Below are positions 13,068-25,430 of a stretch of 64,000 nucleotides of DNA, one piece after another. Below the pieces are notes generated by a model. The model was not told the DNA's origin. It searched no databases and worked only from the letters and a program-made list of their open reading frames with translations. Source of the stretch: Lama guanicoe (taxonomy: Eukaryota); assembly GCA_013239625.1 (NCBI GenBank), contig MU053216.1, forward strand, positions 806,001-870,000. The letters run 5' to 3'. How positions within the stretch are numbered: position 1 is the stretch's first letter; each line of letters starts with the position of its first letter. Both the position numbers and the translations under genes were made by a program.

Positions 13068-13778
13068 AAGTGTTCCACTCAGTGGCTTTTAGCGCATTTG
13101 CAAAGTTGTGCAACCATTGCCACTGCCTAATTCCAGAACATTTTTATCACCCCCCAGAGAGACCCCAGACCCATCAGCCATCATTCCCATCGTCCCCTCG
13201 CCCAGCCCCTGGCCACCCCGTCTGCTTCCTGTCTCTGCAGCGTTGCCCGTTCTGGACACCTCAGATGAACGGGACGGTAAACATGGCAACTTCTGTGATG
13301 GGCCCCTTCCCTGCCAAGGCTCCCTCATACACCGCGTCAGCGTGGCACGCCTGTTCACGGCGCAGTAAGCTTCCACTGTGCGGAGCCACCGTATTTCACT
13401 CACCCCGTCATCATCTGATGGGCATTTGGGTCGTCCCCATGTCTTGCCCGTTTTATGTATAAAACTGCTATGAACATCCACACCCAAACTTTCACCTGGA
13501 CGGATGTTTCCATTTCTCTTGGATGTAGGCCGAGAGTGCCCCCGGGGCCTCACAGTAACTCTGACATTTGAGGAACCTCCAGGCTGTTCTCCAAACAGGC
13601 CCCCGCATCTCGCCCCACCCTAGCCATGTGCCAGGGTTCCACCTTCTCCATGTCCTCTCCAACGCCTGTTACTGGTTTTTTTTTGATGATCGCCATCCTA
13701 GTGGCTGTGAAGTGGAATCTCACTGTAGCTCTAACCTGCATTTCCCTAATGACTTACAATGTCAAGCATCCTTCTATA
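13068..13778 (-). mobile_element. L1MB/L1M-type LINE-1 fragment (ORF2 end plus 3' UTR)
   Basis: Hallmark L1M segments: gttgtgcaaccattgccactgcctaattccagaacattt; tgatgggcatttgggtcgt; gccatcctagtggctgtgaagtggaatctcactgt. Confidence 0.85.
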
Positions 13779-16700
13779 TTGAAACTACTTGAAGTTAAAT
13801 TAAAACGAAGGTTCAGCCTGTCAGCTGCATCAGCTACACTTCAGCGGCTCCGCGGCCGCACCATCGCCTGGGCTGGTGACCACGGCAGCAGACAGGGTGC
13901 GTCTCTGTCGCCCAGAAGTCCCCCTGGGCCACTCTGCCCAGCCCACTGGCTGGTTCTACACCGGCGCCTCGGCTCTTCCCATAATGTGTTGCCTTTGGTG
14001 CACTGAGTTCAGCAAACCTGCTTTGCAGATGGGGCCCATCTTAAGGCTCCCAGGGCCCAGAGTGGGTTGGACAGAAAACGGCTGGGGCACAGCATGCGCG
14101 TCGGTGGCCGTCAAGGTGAGGGTGGGTCCCGCCAGCACTGCCCACTCTCACTCGTGTGCCGCCCCTGAGCCGCCGGCATCACTGCCTTTCCCAGGACCTA
14201 CCAGAGGCCAAGTGACAAAAGGTGTCAGTCTCGCTGGGGGCCTGATTAGAAAGCACAGGAGTTCCAGGCATCAGCGCTCCCGGCTGCAGAGCCCTCAGAG
14301 CTCTCCAACCTTGACCGCTGCAGGTCCTCTGCAGACTACCCACCTGGCTCTCTGGGAGTGGCTGTAGCTCAGCAAGTGGACAAGCCAGATGGACAGGCTG
14401 CTGCTGCCTCCAAAGCCCCAACTGTCCCCCGAGAAGCTGCTGATGTCCACCCTGACCATTGGCACAGGGGGCCAGCCTCGGGGGCACAGCCGTGGCTGGA
14501 GCTCCTGTTGGGGGCTAGGGGCGTAGGGAGGGGCTCTGGAAGAGGCGGCCACTGGCCTGAAGCCAGCGGAAGGGCAGGCCTGAGCCTGACCCACAGCAGA
14601 GCCTGGCCCAGGCTCGGGAAGGGTGCAGCCTAAGCCCGCTGAGCCACGAGAGAGAGGACTGGGCCTGGCACGGACAGATGACAGGACCACGGGCACCGAG
14701 CCAGCTTTCCCACTAGCCAGTAGTGGGGCCGTTCACAAGGCACTTAATCTCCAGCCTCAGCCCTCTCACTGGTCAAACAGGACAGTGGCACTGGACAGTG
14801 ATGACTGGACTGCTGGCCGAGTCTGGCTGTGCGGACAGCTGGAAGAGGGTGCATGATAAAAGATGGAGGCTGGCGGGAGCCCTAGGCGTGGTTTGGCAGA
14901 AGGAGAAACTGAGGTCCAGAGGCGTGGCTGTGACCTGGTCAAGATGACAGCGCCTGCGGGTGCCAGAGCCACGCTAGGGGGTGCAGGAGGCGGCCAGGCC
15001 TGAGGGAGGGCCCTGGGGGTGGGGATAGGGAGAAGGCCGGGGGCGGGGGCGGGGCCATGCAGGGCTGCCCGGGGCAGGGGGCCCTCTCCTGTGGAGGTCG
15101 CTCACACCTCCCTCTCGCCCGCCCGGCCCCGCACGCAGAGCATCTGCTCCTGTGTCGAAGCTGACAGCCGCCTCACCCGCCCGCCTCCTCCCTGGAGGAC
15201 TCCCATTTCTGAAAAGCTCTGTACTCACAGACCCCCTCGAACCTCGCTGCCCACCCCCAGGACCCTCAGGCTCAGCCCATCTGCCGCCAGCACCTCCAGG
15301 ATGGTCCCACTACCACCAAAAGGACTAGGCTTAGACAAAGGTCGAGGCGCTCCCCCGGGGCTGCGCACCACCGAAGCAAGGAGGAGAGGTCCGTCTTAAA
15401 GAAGACTTCCCACGAAGGGGAGGACTCCTGCCGTTGATGGAGACTTGTTGGAGTTGCTGGGGGGCAGAAAGTGTCCCCCGGGCAGGAAGGAAGGGGAAGG
15501 AAAGGAACGGGACATCCTCGGTGTGCGTGCTGAGTGTGGCGCTGAACCCCGATACACGCGTGGTCCTTGAACACCTCAGCCCTGGGCGAGTAGGCAGCTA
15601 CCCCGCTTCCCAGATGCCAGGCTCAGAGGGGCCTGTTAACCTCCCAAGGTCACACAGCCAGTGCGAGTGGTAACTGGGACTCTGAATCCAAGTGTGACTC
15701 TGGAGGCCACGCTTTTTCCACAATAAACTATAAACGACAACAAGGACACAGCGCTGGGCGCCGGGAGGCCCTTCCCGACAGACATGCCGGAGCCGTCCAC
15801 CTCACAGGTCACAGGAGCGGCCCATCCTGCTCGGTGGAATGAATGCGGTGCAGGGTTGCCAGGAGGGTGCAGGGTTGCCAGGAGACAGGAGGCGTGGGCC
15901 GCAAGCCAGGCCAGCGTTCCCCATCTCCAGGCCGCGGGGCCGCGGCCAGCCCCGGCCTGGCTGGCGGGCGAGGCTCCGCCTGACGCCTCCTCGAGGGTGC
16001 TCATTTTCCCACTGGGCTCTGCCCCAGTCCTGGAACCTGCGAATCCTCTGGCCTCAGACGAACCTTCCTAGAGCGCCTGGCAGGCCGGTTGTGCTGCCCG
16101 CTTGCCAAGACCGAGGCCGTGCTCCGGACCAGGGCGGAATCGGTGCACGCAGAGCTCCCTTCTCCCAACACAGAGCCTGGGAACCAGCTCGGCCCAAGCA
16201 GATCCCGTGCACCCTGGCCGCCCTCCCTCTCCTCCACGGCCCCACCCACCCCTCTCCTCCACGGCCCCACACACCTCCTCCTGCCCCCGTCCCGCCCCCA
16301 CCTGCTGCCTCGCACCGGAGGAGCCAAGGGTCCCCACGAGGCGGGGCCGAGGCTGGGGTCGCTCTGCAGAGCCTTGGCCCCACTTTAGGGCGAGGCCAGG
16401 GAGGGTCTGGAGGAGGCAGCAGAGACACCAGGCCTTCTCTCAGCTTTCGCCCAAGCCGCCAGAGCCCCGGGCGACAGCTGAAGGTCACCGGATGGAACCA
16501 AATTTCCAGGGAGCAGTCTCCCCAGGAGGGTCCAGGTCCGCAGGGCCGCAAGCTCAAGGACAACGCGTCCTCCCAGCGTGGAGCCCCAGCCTCCGCCCCA
16601 CCCCCACGGCCCCCACGGTGTCAGGGTTCTCGGGGGAACCCGGCAGGCCTCCCTTCTGCTGCAGCCCCCTAGAAGGGCAGAGATGGGCGCGAGGGAAAGA

Positions 16701-17889
16701 CGGCCTTGTGTGCAGAGTACGGTCCAGCCTGGACCAGGACCCACATGCAGGGCTCAGACAGGGCTGCTGGGGGAGGTCAACCCGTCTGCTGGAGTCCCTG
16801 GACTGGAGGCAGGGGCTGGGGAGAGAGTGGGCGTGGGCCATGAGGGCCCAGAGGGCTAAGCCGCGAAGTGCCCTGGGGTGGACATGCAACTGCAGTGTCC
16901 TCTGCTTTTGTTCACCTTCCTCCCTGTGCAAAGGAGCATCCTGAACCCACAAGGCCGGAGCAGGAGGCCTGAGCCCTGGAGAGGCTGGCCCGGGGGGGTC
17001 CCGGGTCGAGGCGACGCTGGGCCAGGGGAGGTTCTCCAGAGAAGGAGGTGGACCAGGAAAGGGAGCCCTCAGGGCCTGGCCGGCCTCCTCTGGAAACACG
17101 CAGGCCCCTTCTGCAGGACTGATCTTGTTTCCAGTGAGAAAGCCTCTGACAGGACAGAGCCTGGAACAGACTCCTCTCCCAGTCAGCTGCTGATACCTTT
17201 CAGTGGGCATCTCTTCTTAGGGACATGTGGCTGACCACCCCTCAAGGCCACCATCCCGGGACTGGTCCACAGCCTGGATCAGCCTGCTGGTGGCCTGGGC
17301 CACGTTCTCCTTGCAAGTGACCCCAGCCCAGCTCGGGGCAGGAGGCCCCAGCAGCTGGTGAGCCTGCCCCCACTCCCTGGGGTCATCCATCATTAATGAG
17401 GAGGATGCAGAGGGCGCGTCCTGGGCTCACAAGGAGGGATGGGGCAGAGACGGGGACCTGCTGCCAGTGCCCAGGTCCGGCTGCAGTCAGCACATCCTTG
17501 TTTTTTCCTTCAAAGGACAATGGGGGCCCCTCGGCCCTTGAGGTTTCCTGCCCATCACCTCCACTCCCCGTTACAGGAAGCAGCTCCCTTATGCACCCCC
17601 AGCTGGGGGATTCCAGTTTCAGGGCTGCCTCCCCCAGCAATCTGTGCTCCTGCGGCTGTCAGTTGCCATGGGAACAGCGGGCCAGGGCTCCTGGGGACCA
17701 GGGTGAACAGACTTGACTGAATTGATGTCTGTGTGTGTCCCCTCCCCCACTGGGAAATTGAACTGGGGACCGCGCTGGGGAGAGAATTTAGTACAGGAAC
17801 ACCAGGCCCAGGCTGGAGGCTGCGGGGTGGCAGAGGTGGCTTCAGACAGACCCCTCCCCCATCCCAGCCCAGGGAGTCAGAGGGCAGGC

Positions 17890-18420
17890 CATCCACGCTA
17901 CCATGCCTTTGCCTGCTCCATCTCCTACTGCTCCCATCTAAAGGGCCATCCCTGTTGGTGTGACTCCTACCTATGCTTCAATGCCCAGTCACACCTCCTC
18001 CAGGAAGCCTTCCCTGACCACCATAGCAATCACTTTTTCACACTACCGAACATCTGGCATTTGAGCTACTCTTGACAAGGAGCACATACTACCTTTGCAG
18101 CAACCACTCGTGCCTGCTGGTCTCGTCCCCCTCACCAGACACAACACTTCTTACGTAACTGCACCTCCACCCCACAGCCCAGGAAACGTTTACCTGATGG
18201 AGTGAGCAAATGTGTCCCGGAAGGACGCAGGGTACCTAGCCTCGTCCTGTCGTCGGGTCCTTGCCGGAGCCCATAACACATTTCCTGCACAGCTTCCATA
18301 TCCCGATATTGTCCACACTTCCTTACGTGTCTGCCTCCAGGGCAGAGAACAAATGCTATCCATCCTTGAACGTCTAGCACCTGCCTAGGGTGTAGCAGGT
18401 CCTCAGTAAAGCCCACTGCA
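17890..18420 (+). mobile_element. L2 LINE fragments
   Basis: gtcacacctcctccaggaagccttccctgacc ... ctccagggcagagaac ... tctagcacctgcctagggtgtagcaggtcctcagtaaa. Confidence 0.6.
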
Positions 18421-19965
18421 CAAGCGCGTCCTCTGGGCACGGAGTCGCCCACCTGCCACACCGGTCCTGCCTCGAGGGAGTTGCGGGTTCACAGGTGGGC
18501 AGGAAGACACAGCTACCCCATCTTTCCAGCTCACTTCCTCTGGGAGACTTTCCCGCAAGCCCCACCCCAACTCCTGAACCTCCTGTCTCAGTCCCGCCTC
18601 TGCCTCTCAGGGCCAGCAGCTGCCAGGCTGCCAGTCTCTCCTGCCGCTGGCGTCCGGCTCGACTCCGCGGGCTTGTGAGCTCCACTCTTGCGGGTGCCTC
18701 AACCAGGCTCTGGCCCCGCTGCGGGCATCAAAGGCAGGACCCTCTGTCTTCCTGCCAGACACCCCCCTCCCACCGAGTCAGACACAACTCAGGGGGCAAC
18801 GGCTCCCCTGACACCATGAACACTCTCAGTGGCGCTCAGGAACTCACGCTAAAGGTTCCCTGCATCTTCTGGGCCATGACAAACTCTTCTTACCAGGGAC
18901 CACAGTGATCCTCCCTGGAAGGCAGACATCTAAATTTTACTGGACCGAGACTCTTTAACACACTGAAAAAAGCTGTAATAAAATTCTCCATCGCAGACTC
19001 CGGAAGCCAGAGCTCCCAGTGACCCTTTCCCTGCAAGGGTCCCGACGAGCCCCACTGGGTGGGCTCTCAGGTGAGGCTCCTCGGGGCTCCCAGGGTGCCT
19101 GCCTCCCTGACAGCGCTCCCTGTGTGGCCCTCGTGGACACCCTCACCGCGGCTGTGCTGCATCCACGCTGCTCCTCCAGGTTGCAGAACGCGGGCTCCCC
19201 TCGCATCTGTGAGGGGGCGGATACACGGTGAGCCGGCGGAGGGGGAGGACTGAGCCACTGGGCCACGCAGGGAGTGGGTGGGCCAGCAGGAGGGGAGACA
19301 CAGTCTAGGCGACACGAACCTGCATGTGGGACCGGGACCCAGAGGGGTGGTGAGCTCCTTTCCAGGGGCTTCAGGCTGAACCCTGCACCCCGATTCCGTG
19401 GTTAGGACCCTGGACCAGAGCCAGGAGGGAAAAGCAGTGACAGCTTTTTCCCGACTCCAAACGACAGTGGTGACTTTCAGAGCGCTATGTTCAGACATAG
19501 TCCAAGGCCGAAAAAACCCTCCTGGGTCCGCCAGGAAGGTGCCTGGTTTTATGAGACACTCCAGGCAGCCGCCCACACACTTCACTTTTGAAGGGTCTGC
19601 AGAGCAGGGGATGCTTCCTGACCAGAGCTGCGAAGCCACAGTCCTGTTCCTCACGCACAGAACAGGGGCGGGGCAGCCTGCGCCCTGTGCCCTCACTCGG
19701 TGCTGGGCCCTCTCCTGGGACACCTGCTCCCTGTCCTCCACACGTCCCCAGCCTCACCCACGTGCTCACCAGCCTGTGAGCACGTGCTGAGCATCTCCAT
19801 GCCAAAAGCCGGGCTGGGCTCTAGCCATAAAACGCCGAACAAAGCCAATGACCAGACAAACAAAAGGGGGTTTCTTGGTTTGGTCGCCACACCTCTTCTT
19901 CCAGGGAGCCTTCCCTGACGCCCCCACCCAGACTGGGGCTGAGCACCTTCCTTGCACCTCGATCA

Positions 19966-20146
19966 CAGAGGTTCTCAACTGCGAGTGATTCTGGAAATGT
20001 CTGGAGACATTTCTGATGGTCACAGCTGGGCGTGGGCTCCTGGCACCCAGTGGATCGAGGCCAGGGACACTGCTAAATATCTAACGATGCACAGGATGCC
20101 CCCCAAAAGCGTTATCTGGCCCCAGATGTCAGCAGTGCCGAGGCTG
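19966..20146. mobile_element. MER20 (hAT-Charlie) DNA transposon fossil
   Basis: cagaggttctcaac...tgtctggagacattt...gaggccagggacactgctaaatatct...tatctggccccagatgtcagcagtgccgagg. Confidence 0.85.
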
Positions 20147-20805
20147 GCCTGTCACAGAGCTCCGTTAACACTAAGGACCCCGCCTCTGTTTCCTAGATTT
20201 TGGGTCCCTTGAGGGCACGATCCTTGGATTGTAATACTTGAAGTTGGTCTCGCAAGGACACGGAGATTCCAGAACCCCCGGAAGTACACGCATGGTGCTC
20301 ATCTTTCTGGGGAGGCAGATCTGAGACCGGAAAGGTTAAGAGGCACTGACCTGGGACCCAGCACTGCGGCTCGGTCAGGCCACAGCGGAGACAGCAGACA
20401 GTCCCTGGGGGAGCAGACCCCCCCCCAGTGCTCTGGGGCCCCGGCAAAGCTTCCATCACCACTCTGACCTCTCTCCAAACTGGGGGCGGGATTCTGACCA
20501 GAAAAAGCAGCTCAGCGTCGGAGCTCTGCTCCCTGGTGCCCCCACCAGCCCCCAATACCATCCAAGACAATTAAATCACGCAAAGTGAGTTCCAGTAAAA
20601 CGGAGGCGGCCCTCGGCCAGCAGGTGTGCTGGGGTTAGCTGCGTCCCCGAAGCCCACGACGGTGCCGTTCGTCTGCCGGCGGACTGGACCGGCACACACC
20701 CAGGAGCCCAGGTCCCAGCCTCCGACGCTCCCCCGACCAGCCTCCTTGTTAACGGAGACAACTTGTCAAAGTGAGAGGGTTCTGTTCTATCAAGTCAGGG
20801 CAGGG

Positions 20806-20937
20806 NNNNNNNNNNNNNNNNNNNNNNNNNNNNNNNNNNNNNNNNNNNNNNNNNNNNNNNNNNNNNNNNNNNNNNNNNNNNNNNNNNNNNNNNNNNNNNN
20901 NNNNNNNNNNNNNNNNNNNNNNNNNNNNNNNNNNNNN
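20806..20937. other. Assembly gap (132 N)
   Basis: Run of N. Confidence 1.
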
Positions 20938-21764
20938 GAAGCCCCTGAATGATTATTTTCCACGGGGCGGGTGTCAGTGATAACGTGTGACACCGAGCCT
21001 CTCCTCCCGGTGGAAAGCCGGCCAGAAGGACTCCCTGCCTTTGAACCGTGGGCAGGGCAGCGACGTTTCAGCTCTGATCTGGTTATAAGGTGCCCACATT
21101 TCACCTTTACTCAGAGAAACAGGACCACGTCTAACAGCCTTTCTCATGGCCTCCCTCAGCGTCTTCTTCAAAACACCCCACTCCTGCCAGGACTCTCTGA
21201 TTCCACAGAACAGGGAGCCCACGAGTGCGTGACCTCACCTCCGTCCTATGGGAGAGGCACCCACTCCACCCACTGAGCCTGCCAGGGCCCCTTGTCCTCC
21301 GGGGCCACCCCTGCCAGGCCACCCTCAGCCCACCATGACCCAGAGCCCGGACCCGCACACAGCCGGACTCCCTCCCGCTCTGCTCCGCACCCCTGCCATC
21401 TGTCTCTTTAATAAATGAAGGGTGGGCAGCCCTGCGACATGAATAACCACAAAGGCTGAGTGCACAGCAGACGAATGCAGGCGTTAAAACAACCAAGCTG
21501 ACCTGACACGTGTAGTGTCTGCACCGGCACCTTCCGGCTCCGCGGCGTCAGACACAGAGTGGCTGGCGGTCACTCTCTTCATCATGCATGGGCGGCTGAG
21601 GGACGTCCCAGACGACGTCGCCAGAGCCCCCCCACATCCGAGGCTCCGGAGAAACTGGCTCCCCGCCCCCATCAGCCTCTGGCCTCCAGACTGCGTCGGC
21701 TTCAGCAGCGGGCGGGCACCACGTCAGTCTCAGGGCCCAGTCCACCCGGAGCCAACATCCAGGG

Positions 21765-21990
21765 GACTAGGCGGCAGCTTTCGAATCAGACAGATCTGGG
21801 TGTGAATCCTGACTCTACAATGAGGTCTGCATGCCAAGAGGCTTAATGGTCAAAAGTCTCATTTTTATTTCGCCTGCAAAATAGAATTAAACACTTACTT
21901 CTTAGGGTTATGGGAAAGACTAAATCAGGTAACTTACTTTAAGTGCTAGCACAGGGTTGAGCACATAGTAGGTCCTCCAATGGCAGCAGT
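21765..21990 (+). mobile_element. MIR SINE
   Basis: ttcgaatcagacagatctgggtgtgaatcctgactctac ... ctgcaaaatagaat ... aagtgctagcacagggttgagcacatagtaggtcctc. Confidence 0.8.
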
Positions 21991-22237
21991 CATCACCATC
22001 ATCACTGTAAGTGGGGGAGTCTGTCCGTCCGAGTCCACTGTGGTTACAGACCTCGAGGTTTTTAGAGGGTCCTCGGCTCTGAGCCCTTCCCAGCCCTCCA
22101 CCTCAATGGAGGAAGTTGCCAGGGGATGTAACACATCTCCTCTCTCCTCGCCTGAGCTGGACAGATGGACGCTAGGTCGAGGGGTGGTATGATGTAAGGG
22201 AAGACATATCCCGCCCACCCAGCGCCCCTATATTTAC

Positions 22238-22381
22238 TTTGTGTTTTTTTAAACTTTCTGGGGGGGAGGGGAGGTCATTAGGTTTGTTTATTTATTTATT
22301 TTAATGGCAGCACTGGGAACTGAACTCAGGACCTTGTGAATGCTAAGCACGCACTTTACCGCCGAGCTGTACACCCTCCCC
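22238..22381 (-). mobile_element. Vic-1-type camelid tRNA-derived SINE
   Basis: Minus strand GGGGAGGGTGTACAGCTCGGCGGTAAAGTGCGTGCTTAGCATTCACAAGGTCCTGAGTTCAGTTCCCAGT...AAATAAATAAATAAACAAACCTAATGACCTCCCC, with A/B boxes, an A-rich tail and a degenerate flanking duplication (cccagcgcccctatattta / cccagggcctctattta). Confidence 0.85.
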
Positions 22382-24204
22382 GCCCAGGGCCTCTATTTAA
22401 AAGAGAAAAAAAGTGACCTATAAAACCGCCCTGCAGTAGCTGCCCAGGTCCCGTCAGTGAGATAGACTTAGACTGGACGGTAAACTCCTCAGAGTGAGTC
22501 CATGGAGCAGCTTACATAACGCTGTGTGCGCTGGCACAGGAGGCCTTCCTAAATCTTCTGAGGGGAAGAGGAAAGGCATTTAGGACGCAGCCAGAGAAGA
22601 GCTGAAGGGTTTCTGTTAAGGGGTCACTATGCATAATTGCAAAGTGCCTTTCACACAAGGAAGGAGCTTCTGAATGGAGGGAGGCAGCTAAGCTCTCCGC
22701 AGGGCAGCACAAGCCAGTGCCCTGCCCTGGGCTCCCCCTGTGGCGGCAGGGCAGGCAGCCCGCAGCGCTGGGCTGCTCTCCAGAGAGAAGGGCAGATCGT
22801 GGCCCGGAAGCACCGTAAGGGTTCTTTAGGAGGCAAAGGTGGCCAGAGAAAAGCTACTTACAGAAGCTCGTGAAATGAGCAAGTGGACTGCGGGGTGGGG
22901 CGGGGTAGGCAGACGGAAGTAACTGCAACGGTGCAATAAAAGCACAGGTTTTCAGCTCAGCATGAAGAAATGCGGTTAGAAATGCCTGGGACACACTCGA
23001 GCCCAAGTGCCACGTGCAGCTAACGAGAGGGCAGGTGGTGCCCACGGTCAGGGGCTGCACCCCAGACATTCAAGATTCATCAGCAGATCTCTGTACTTTG
23101 AAAGCAGCCTGTCCTGCAATTTAATCAGACTGCTTTCCAAACACCTTGACTAAAGAGATGAGTGTTTTGACGGGGACTTTGGGGAAGGGCTGATCCAGAC
23201 CCTTACAGCGGCAGGCAGGACGGCAGCCCGAGAGGAGCGAGCATCTGGGGAGCGGAGGAGCAGGGCAGAGGCCGGGGTGGGGCAGGCGCTAGCGCAGCCC
23301 TGGTTTTCCCTAGGACTAAAGACCCTGTACCCTCCAGGAGGACAGGGCGGCTGCCACCTGACTCTTGCTACGTCTGCACCATTCCACACCCCCCTTTCTG
23401 GCTCTGGAGCTGCAGGAGAGTAAGCCGAGGACATCCTGTCCTGCTGACACGCAGGACAATCTCTGGTACTCTTCACAGGGACATAATGCAGAAAGCAGGC
23501 CGAGAGTGTGCCACCCGTGGTTCACAGGGCCATGAGGCCTGCAGCTGGGGGCCTCCCCACGTATCCACAGGCATCACCACGCCGCCAGCACAGGGCACAG
23601 AGAAGGACAGGCCGGGACAGAGTGGATCTGAGGAGCAACGGTGGCCTGGGGGCTCGTCACTCTGCCGCCAGCTGGCTGTTTCCTGGCCCTGTTCCTCGTC
23701 TGGAAAGCGATCTGTAAGTCATTTCAGGCTTTGTGGACTCTGTTTAGAGACACACACATGCCCTGAGTGTCACCGCAGGGGAAGGAGGGGGCGGGATGCT
23801 GGGCCAAGGGGGACAGGCAGGGCTGTCACTAAGGATTCTGCCACCGGCAATAATGGATCCCAGACAGTTTGGCCTCACACCAGGAAGTATCAGGTGTTCA
23901 GGGAAGCAGATACAGGAGGAAATGAGCAGAAACACCCAAACACCGGGTAACGGACACCTTGCGAGGACCACAGGCTGTTTCCTGCAGAGCATCGCCTGGG
24001 GGAAGGTGGGAGTTAGTTTGCCCAGAGCCCCCGGTATAAGAGATGCACCCACAGGCCCGGAAGCGCTGCACCTCTGGGTGGTGCAGGTCTGAGTTTCTTG
24101 AAGCCCAATTAAATGTGAACGGCATGCTCGCTGCAGGGCTTCTGGAGAGCAGGCGTTGCCTTGAAGGCTGTGATTCAGAAGAAATGGGGGTTTAAAAGCT
24201 GCGG

Positions 24205-25430
24205 AAAAGAAGAAAGTTTAGAATGAACCGTGTGGCACTAGATTGGAGTTGGGGATGTTGGTGTCAACTAATGTTTATTCTTTTGATTCTATTAAATGCT
24301 ATGACAGGTGTGTGTGCACACACAGGTTAGCGCGCACACACGCGTCCTGGCTCCGCCCCCCGAGAGGCTCCAGGAGCAGTGAGACCCGGCGCCGCTGGGC
24401 ACGCCAGCACCCAGACCTGGGTTTCTAACCCCGTCCTCCACACACGGGAACAGAGCTCATTCCTGGACTGGAGCAGAGAGTATGCGAGAAGAGTCTGGGG
24501 CATCTTGGGGCCCAAAGGCAAGGAGATTTTTAAGAAATCAGGGTGGGTCAAAGGGACGTAGGTAACAACAAAGTGGTCTCGCGGCAGCCCGTGCCGAAAC
24601 AGTTTGAGCAAGAGCAGAGACACGGTATTGGAGTGTAACCCAAAGGCTGAAGCGAATACCCAGGGGTACACACCGACCTGACGGAACAAGCAGAGGAGAA
24701 CGCACCGCTCCCCCTGCAGAAGGTGCACCGAACACGCTCCACTGCGGGAGCGGAAATCCCCCCACTCCTTGAGTGTGGCTGCCCGCGTGACCTCCTTCTC
24801 AGTAAGGAGTAAGTACACTGTGGGGGGAGTGGGTTTGCAGTGGGGACACCTGACAAACACAACGGCAGCCAGATGGTCAAGGTCACCTGCAACAGTAAGT
24901 CACGTCGGAAGGTGGACACCCTTCACCTGATGTCCTGAGGGTGACACTTCGCCTCTGCCGTCCTCCTCCCCCAGCCCCCAAAGCCTCTGTCTAACCACGA
25001 GAGAAGCACGGACAAACCCACGTTGCAGGGCAGTCTGCAAAACCGCTGACCAGTCCTCAAAACCGTCAGGCTCGCCGAAAACAAGGGAAGTCGAGAAACG
25101 GCTGCAGCCCAGAGGAGCCTAAAGAGATGTGGTGACTAAATGTCGTGTGGTCCCTGGTGGGGATTCTGGGACAGAGAAAGGACATCAGCTAAAAACCAAG
25201 GGAACCTGAATAAAGTGTGGACGTGGTTCGTAATAACCAATGGGGACCGGCTCGTTAACTGTGCCAAGTGAACCAGAGTAACGGAACACGTCAGCAACGG
25301 GGGACGCGCGGTGCCTGACAACTCTAACGTCCTTGCTATTTGGGGATAAATCTGAAACCATTCTGAAAATTCAAAGTTCATGGAAAGACAAAGGCTGCAC
25401 AGGTGATTCTGGGCACAGCCAGGGTGATGT
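24205..25430 (+). mobile_element. L1MC/L1MD-type LINE-1 3' UTR fragment
   Basis: Diagnostic segments ggtcaaggtcacctgcaacagtaagtca, gacaaacccacgttgcagggcagtctgcaaaa and ggagcctaaagagatgtggtgactaaatgtcgtgtggtccctgg. Boundaries approximate. Confidence 0.75.

Noticed and set aside
21410-21415. AATAAA as the end of an antisense lncRNA (also at about 31162)
   Set aside because: A hexamer alone is not evidence, and no transcript structure can be supported from the sequence.
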